The position numbers and the translations under genes were made by a program. A stretch of 64,000 nucleotides of DNA. Source: an uncultured delta proteobacterium (GTDB taxonomy: Bacteria > Desulfobacterota > Desulfobacteria > Desulfobacterales > JAFDCJ01). Location: contig CAVYNY010000014.1 of the NCBI GenBank assembly GCA_963769935.1, positions 32,001 through 96,000 on the forward strand, read 5' to 3'. The notes below the pieces were generated by a model that did no database searches, was not told where the DNA came from, and saw nothing but the letters and a program-made list of their open reading frames with translations. Positions within the stretch are counted from its first letter, which is position 1, and each line of letters opens with the position of its first letter. Below are positions 59,642 to 64,000 of this stretch, one piece after another.

Positions 59642-60097
59642 TTACAATCTGGCCCCTGAAAAAATGTGAAATAAAAGATAGTACAATCCAGCGGAGATCA
59701 GCAGAAAACCTGCCGTTAAGCCGACAAACAGGCTGCGATTCACATGCCGCCCTCTTTGCTGCTCTTTTTCTTCAAGATAGTTTAATGCGCTGTCGACAAC
59801 AACCCGGCGGTAGGTGTAAAGCGTCGGTTTTCTGCAGTGCGGACACAACTCCAAATACTTGGCCATATTTTTGGTGTCGTAGTGGTACCGGCTTATATAT
59901 CTCTCCGGCGTGTCAACGGTTTCATCGATCTTCCTTTTGCGCCGGTCTTCCAAGTAAACCAGGGTATCGTCCTTTTTAACATTTTTATCGTTTTTATCAT
60001 TCAGGACTTTGCCGCCGCTCTTAATTTCTTCCACCGGCAGGGCTGCATACTCGACGCCGGCTTTTTTCTCTTCGGTATAAATTAATTTTCCTTTCAT
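59642..60097 (-). CDS. Hypothetical protein with a CxxC motif and C-terminal TM helix
   Basis: GGAGGAG RBS; 'LCPHCRK'; hydrophobic C-terminus. Confidence 0.75.
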   Translation of the reverse strand: MKGKLIYTEEKKAGVEYAALPVEEIKSGGKVLNDKNDKNVKKDDTLVYLEDRRKRKIDETVDTPERYISRYHYDTKNMAKYLELCPHCRKPTLYTYRRVVVDSALNYLEEKEQQRGRHVNRSLFVGLTAGFLLISAGLYYLLFHIFSGARL

Positions 60098-60180
60098 AGC
60101 TCCTCCTTTTGTGACCCCCGTCAAAAATATAGCTGATAGATTATGTTTATGGTTTGAAGAATAAATTTTAACCTGAACGT

Positions 60181-60196
60181 AGCAGCAATCGTGCCA
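60181..60196 (-). promoter_or_regulatory. sigma54 promoter
   Basis: Minus strand reads TGGCACGATTGCTGCT, 84 nt upstream of ATG 60097. Confidence 0.7.
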
Positions 60197-60329
60197 GGCT
60201 GGAGCTATAGATATAATTTGATTTAATTCAAGCAGGTTAAACCTGAAATACGAATTTCAGAATGAGCTTATGGATCGGCGTTTTCAGTAAGAAATTGGGA
60301 AATCGATTTCACATTTGGAAACATTTTAC

Positions 60330-60785
60330 CTAATTGGCAAATTTCTGCAGATGCTTGATATGAAGATATTCTTCATCAATTATTTTTTGTAATTGTTGCA
60401 GGGCAATGGGGTCCTCGACAAAAGGCTCGAGCACCTTATAAAATATCACGGAATCTTTTTCAAATTCGAGGAACACGGTAATCAGGTCATCCATATTTTT
60501 AATGGAAGAAAAGTCAACCTCTTTGAGCGAGAAATTCTGATTCCCCAGCAGATCATCGAAAAGCTCGCGACTCATCTCTTCCACAAAGGGATTCGCCTGC
60601 TTTGTTTCTAGGTTAATTTTCAATTCCGAAAAAAATCCGGCATGCTTCACTTCTTCGGCGGCCATCCATTCCAGCAAAGAGACAAGCTCCGGCTTTTTTA
60701 CCATGGCGATGGCGCTGCGATAAACCGCTTCACCGTTTTTCTCCAGCTTAATCGCCATATTCAGAAGTTCCTTAGCTGTAAACAA
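60330..60785 (-). CDS. Ferritin-like/rubrerythrin family protein
   Basis: Paired 'E...Y...EExxH' motifs (EEVKH, EEYLH); TTG start after AAGGAG. Confidence 0.9.
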   Translation of the reverse strand: MFTAKELLNMAIKLEKNGEAVYRSAIAMVKKPELVSLLEWMAAEEVKHAGFFSELKINLETKQANPFVEEMSRELFDDLLGNQNFSLKEVDFSSIKNMDDLITVFLEFEKDSVIFYKVLEPFVEDPIALQQLQKIIDEEYLHIKHLQKFAN

Positions 60786-60905
60786 AGTACTTTACTCCTT
60801 TTTTGCAGTTTACCGTACCGGGAAAAGTAATCCAAACCATAGGGTAAAGTCAATATCTATCATTTTTATTTGACTGCCCCCAAGCATACTGCTATTCTAC
60901 ACCAC

Positions 60906-61817
60906 ATGCAAACCGGCAACTCCAATCACTCGAGAATCAGACCGGCGGCCACGGTTATCCTCACTCGCCATCAGGCCGGAAAGCTTCAGGTGTACCTGCT
61001 CAAACGCAGCCCGCAAAGCGGGTTTATGGCCGGATATTTTGTTTTCCCCGGGGGTACCGTAGATAGTCTGGATCGGCACTTTGGCCTTTTCAGCAACCAT
61101 TGTGATATGACATCCCGTGAAATTTCCGCACGTTTTGGCTCGGAACTCTCAGAGGAACAAGCCCTGGCTTATTGTGTTGCCGCTATTCGTGAGACTTTTG
61201 AGGAAGCCGGGGTGGGCCTATTCCACCGGAACGATCCGCCGGCCGCCGACCTGGAGCGTATCAACCATTTGCGATTTTCGACCGGACTTGAAAAAAACTG
61301 GCTCCAGAAACTTGTCGCTGAGGGCAGCTGCCGCCTTACATTAACAGCACTTTCACGGTGGGCTCATTGGGTAACCCCCGAATTGATGAAACGCCGTTTT
61401 GACACCCGATTTTTTCTGGCCGCAATGCCCTCCAGTCAATTTTGCCGGCCGGATGAAAATGAAACTGTCCAGGGGGTGTGGCTGAGCCCCGGGGAAGCTC
61501 TGGCGGATAATATGGCAGGCGCAATTCCTTTGAGTCCACCGACCCTGGTTACATTACATGAACTTTTGAAATATACCAACGTAAATAATCTGCAAGCCGA
61601 AAACCACCGCCGACCCTGGGGTCGGTCGCGCTTACCCCGTCTGGTGCCGCTGCCGCAAGGCGCGGTCATTGTCCAGCCATGGGACCCGATGTACAATCAA
61701 GAAGTAATTATCACTGATCCTGCAAGCCTGCCGGCCGCGGTCCTGCCGGTCGGCAAATCTTTTTCCAGGATCTGGTGTGATAACGGCATCTGGAAACCGA
61801 TTGGGCTTAAAAATTAA
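60906..61817 (+). CDS. NUDIX hydrolase
   Basis: 'RPAATVIL', 'VFPGG', 'AAIRETFEEAG', 'WVTP....RRFDTRFF'. Confidence 0.92.
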   Translation: MQTGNSNHSRIRPAATVILTRHQAGKLQVYLLKRSPQSGFMAGYFVFPGGTVDSLDRHFGLFSNHCDMTSREISARFGSELSEEQALAYCVAAIRETFEEAGVGLFHRNDPPAADLERINHLRFSTGLEKNWLQKLVAEGSCRLTLTALSRWAHWVTPELMKRRFDTRFFLAAMPSSQFCRPDENETVQGVWLSPGEALADNMAGAIPLSPPTLVTLHELLKYTNVNNLQAENHRRPWGRSRLPRLVPLPQGAVIVQPWDPMYNQEVIITDPASLPAAVLPVGKSFSRIWCDNGIWKPIGLKN

Positions 61818-61848
61818 GATGATTTTAGTCTGTTAAGATATTAGTTTC

Positions 61849-61945
61849 CCGAATTGACACGAATAACCACGAATTCTGGTAGTAGGCAAAAGCGGGGGCA
61901 TTTATATTGTAAAATAAATTCGTGAATGTTCGTGTTAAGTTGTGG
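61849..61945. repeat. Palindromic element with arms made of 9-nt CACGAA tandem units
   Basis: Left arm CCGAATTGACACGAATAACCACGAATT; right arm AATTCGTGAATGTTCGTGTTAAGTTGTGG. Confidence 0.75.
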
Positions 61946-62092
61946 CCTTTTTCAAGCCGGTCAGGAACGATTGTCATCGGATTGACGGAAATCACCTCAA
62001 ATCCGACGGAATTTCTCTCAAATTCGATCGATCAAATGCTGAAATCCGCTTCTATCTGATTAAAATTATAAATAATTTTAAATTCATGGTTT

Positions 62093-62108
62093 TGGCACTC
62101 ACTTTGCA
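62093..62108 (+). promoter_or_regulatory. sigma54 promoter
   Basis: TGGCACTCACTTTGCA matches TGGCAC-N5-TTGCA. Confidence 0.7.
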
Positions 62109-62326
62109 AGCTATTTTCTCACGGCGGAGTCCGACGCCTTAAATATGGCGCAGAATGAAGGATGCCAAGGTGATCAAAATTCAACTTATGTCTTGAAAAC
62201 CATTAATATTTTTGTAAAAATGGGTTAATACCTTGAGACTTGCTATTGTTCATTCCGACCCAGCTGCTGTAGGAAAAAGGAGCCATCCGGATGGCCGTCG
62301 AAATACCTGCGATTGGAGCTTAGGCA

Positions 62327-63883
62327 ATGTTTAAGGAAAGCAAGATCAGCCAGCGTTTGCGAAAACTGGAAAATCATCTGAAACAGGAAAATCCGATTCT
62401 CTCTGATGTGGTACAGAACTTTCGTGAGCTGGACCGCATCAGCCGTCGACTCGGGTTCTTTAATCGGGAAGAGTCTCATGCAACCCGCACTCCCTGGTGG
62501 CCGCTGATTTCGATACTGGGAATTTATTCAGCGGGAAAATCCAGCTTTATCAACCATTTTCTGCAGTACAATCTGCAGGCGGTCGGCATTCAGGCGGTCG
62601 ATGACAAGTTTAGCGTTATTTGTTTTACCAGGGATAAAAAAGAAAGGATCCTGCCGGGTTTGGCGCTGGATGCCGATCCGCGCTTTCCGTTATACAAGAT
62701 CAGCCAGGCAATTGAAGAAGTGGCCAAGGGTAAGGGTGAGCATATTGATGCCTATTTGCAGTTGAAAACCTGTCCCAGTGAAAAGCTGCGCGGCAAAATC
62801 CTCATTGATTCTCCGGGGTTTGATGCCGATGACCAACGAACCTCGACTTTGCGGATCACGGACCATATCATAAATCTGTCGGACCTGGTCCTGGTTTTTT
62901 TCGATGCCCGCCACCCGGAAACCGGATCCATGCGTGATACGCTGGAGCATCTGGTCAAGTCAACGGTAAGCAGACGGGATTCCAACAAATTTTTATACAT
63001 TCTCAATCAGATCGATGTGGCCGCCAACGAGGATAATCTGGAAGAAGTCTTTGCCGCCTGGCAGCGGGCTTTGGCCCAGTACGGTTTAACCGCCGGTTCA
63101 TCCTACGCCATCTACAATGAAGATGCTGCTGTTTCCTTTGACAACGCCGAGGTTAGGGCCCGCTTCGAAAGTAAACGTGAAGCCGACTACGGAGCGATCG
63201 AGAGCCGCATCGAACAGGTGGGCGTGGAACGCGCCTACCGGATTGTGGGTATGCTGGAACAAACCGGTCGGATGTTGAAACAGGATGTCGTCGGCCGTCT
63301 GCAACGATTTAAGGAAGCATGGCGGCGCAAAGTTCTGTGGCTGGACGGTGCGCTTTTGGCCGGTGTGTTGACAGCCTTTTTCACGCTGACCATCTGGGGC
63401 GGTTACTGGAAGGGGGCCTCACTGTCGCTGCCTTTCTGGAATCTGGTGACGCTGAACGCCTATACCTCTTATGGTGCGATTGCCATATTTTTGGCGATCG
63501 CCGGTTACGTGCACTTCAGCATACGGGGATGGGCGGCAAATAAGATCAGCGCCAAACTGCTGGCTGAAGTGAATGATTCCGACCTGCATTCGAATTACCA
63601 GAGCGCCTTTCGTAAAAGCGCCAGATGGTGGCGCAGTATATTCTGGCCCAATCCGGCAGGCTGGGGACGACGCACCGCCGCCCGACTGGAACAAGTCCTG
63701 GACGACAGCAACGCCTACATCGAGAAGCTGAACGACGAGTACACCAATCCTTCGGGAAAAGACAATGTCGCAATGACAAGCGATCGGGCGCACCTGGAGG
63801 TATCACAAAAATCAGATTTTACCCAGGTGGAATCCGGCATTCCAGCGCAAAATATCACGAAACCGGTCGCCTCGGAGAATTGA
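62327..63883 (+). CDS. Dynamin-superfamily (EHD-like) P-loop NTPase with a TM hairpin
   Basis: G1 'GIYSAGKSSFIN', G3 'IDSPG', G4-like 'LNQID'; two hydrophobic helices in the C-terminal half. Confidence 0.88.
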   Translation: MFKESKISQRLRKLENHLKQENPILSDVVQNFRELDRISRRLGFFNREESHATRTPWWPLISILGIYSAGKSSFINHFLQYNLQAVGIQAVDDKFSVICFTRDKKERILPGLALDADPRFPLYKISQAIEEVAKGKGEHIDAYLQLKTCPSEKLRGKILIDSPGFDADDQRTSTLRITDHIINLSDLVLVFFDARHPETGSMRDTLEHLVKSTVSRRDSNKFLYILNQIDVAANEDNLEEVFAAWQRALAQYGLTAGSSYAIYNEDAAVSFDNAEVRARFESKREADYGAIESRIEQVGVERAYRIVGMLEQTGRMLKQDVVGRLQRFKEAWRRKVLWLDGALLAGVLTAFFTLTIWGGYWKGASLSLPFWNLVTLNAYTSYGAIAIFLAIAGYVHFSIRGWAANKISAKLLAEVNDSDLHSNYQSAFRKSARWWRSIFWPNPAGWGRRTAARLEQVLDDSNAYIEKLNDEYTNPSGKDNVAMTSDRAHLEVSQKSDFTQVESGIPAQNITKPVASEN

Positions 63884-64000
63884 TTGGCAAAAAATATCAA
63901 AAAGATTGTCATCCCTAAGGCGGAGGCCGTATTCTGGCTCGATAAAAACGGCTGCTGGCACAATGAAAACGGCCGGTTTGAACACAAAAAAATCATCCAA
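63884..64000 (+). CDS. Partial CDS, DUF1285-like; runs off the window
   Basis: TTG immediately after the dynamin stop; MAKNIKKIVIPKAEAVFWLDKNGCWHNENGRFEHKKIIQ. Confidence 0.7.
   Translation, partial: MAKNIKKIVIPKAEAVFWLDKNGCWHNENGRFEHKKIIQ

Noticed and set aside
1..64000. tRNA, rRNA, transposase, prophage or canonical defence operon
   Set aside because: No T-loop/cloverleaf, rRNA or mobility-gene signatures noticed by eye. The TerB, NERD and dynamin genes are dispersed rather than clustered. A covariance-model scan would be needed to exclude RNA genes.

Overview
A 64-kb chromosomal segment with mostly housekeeping and accessory genes, probably from a Desulfobacterota (Desulfobacterales-like) anaerobe. 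That assignment is inferred from the selenoprotein, the MttB-family methyltransferase, the fused HisHF and several sigma54-type promoters. It holds about 55 mostly unlinked CDSs. I found no rRNA, tRNA, CRISPR array, transposase or integrase. Features not visible in the ORF track: (1) a UGA-recoded selenocysteine BCP peroxiredoxin; (2) a low-GC ORF with the boundaries of a solitary integron gene cassette; (3) a surE gene collapsed to 53 codons by an in-frame deletion; (4) two small ORFs, one a twin-CX3C acidic protein; (5) a candidate sigma54-driven small RNA; (6) tandem PAS histidine-kinase paralogues, both damaged, converging on a GNAT/acyl-synthase-like gene; (7) many non-coding elements, including palindromes built from 7-9-nt tandem units (one next to a four-helix-bundle gene relic), a modular nested repeat family and a REP-like family. 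Unusual enzymes include a DpgC-like short crotonase, an orphan ketosynthase with a large insertion, a GH84-like lipoprotein, a NERD protein lacking its catalytic residues and an EHD-like dynamin. All family assignments come from reading motifs by eye; no database searches were run.
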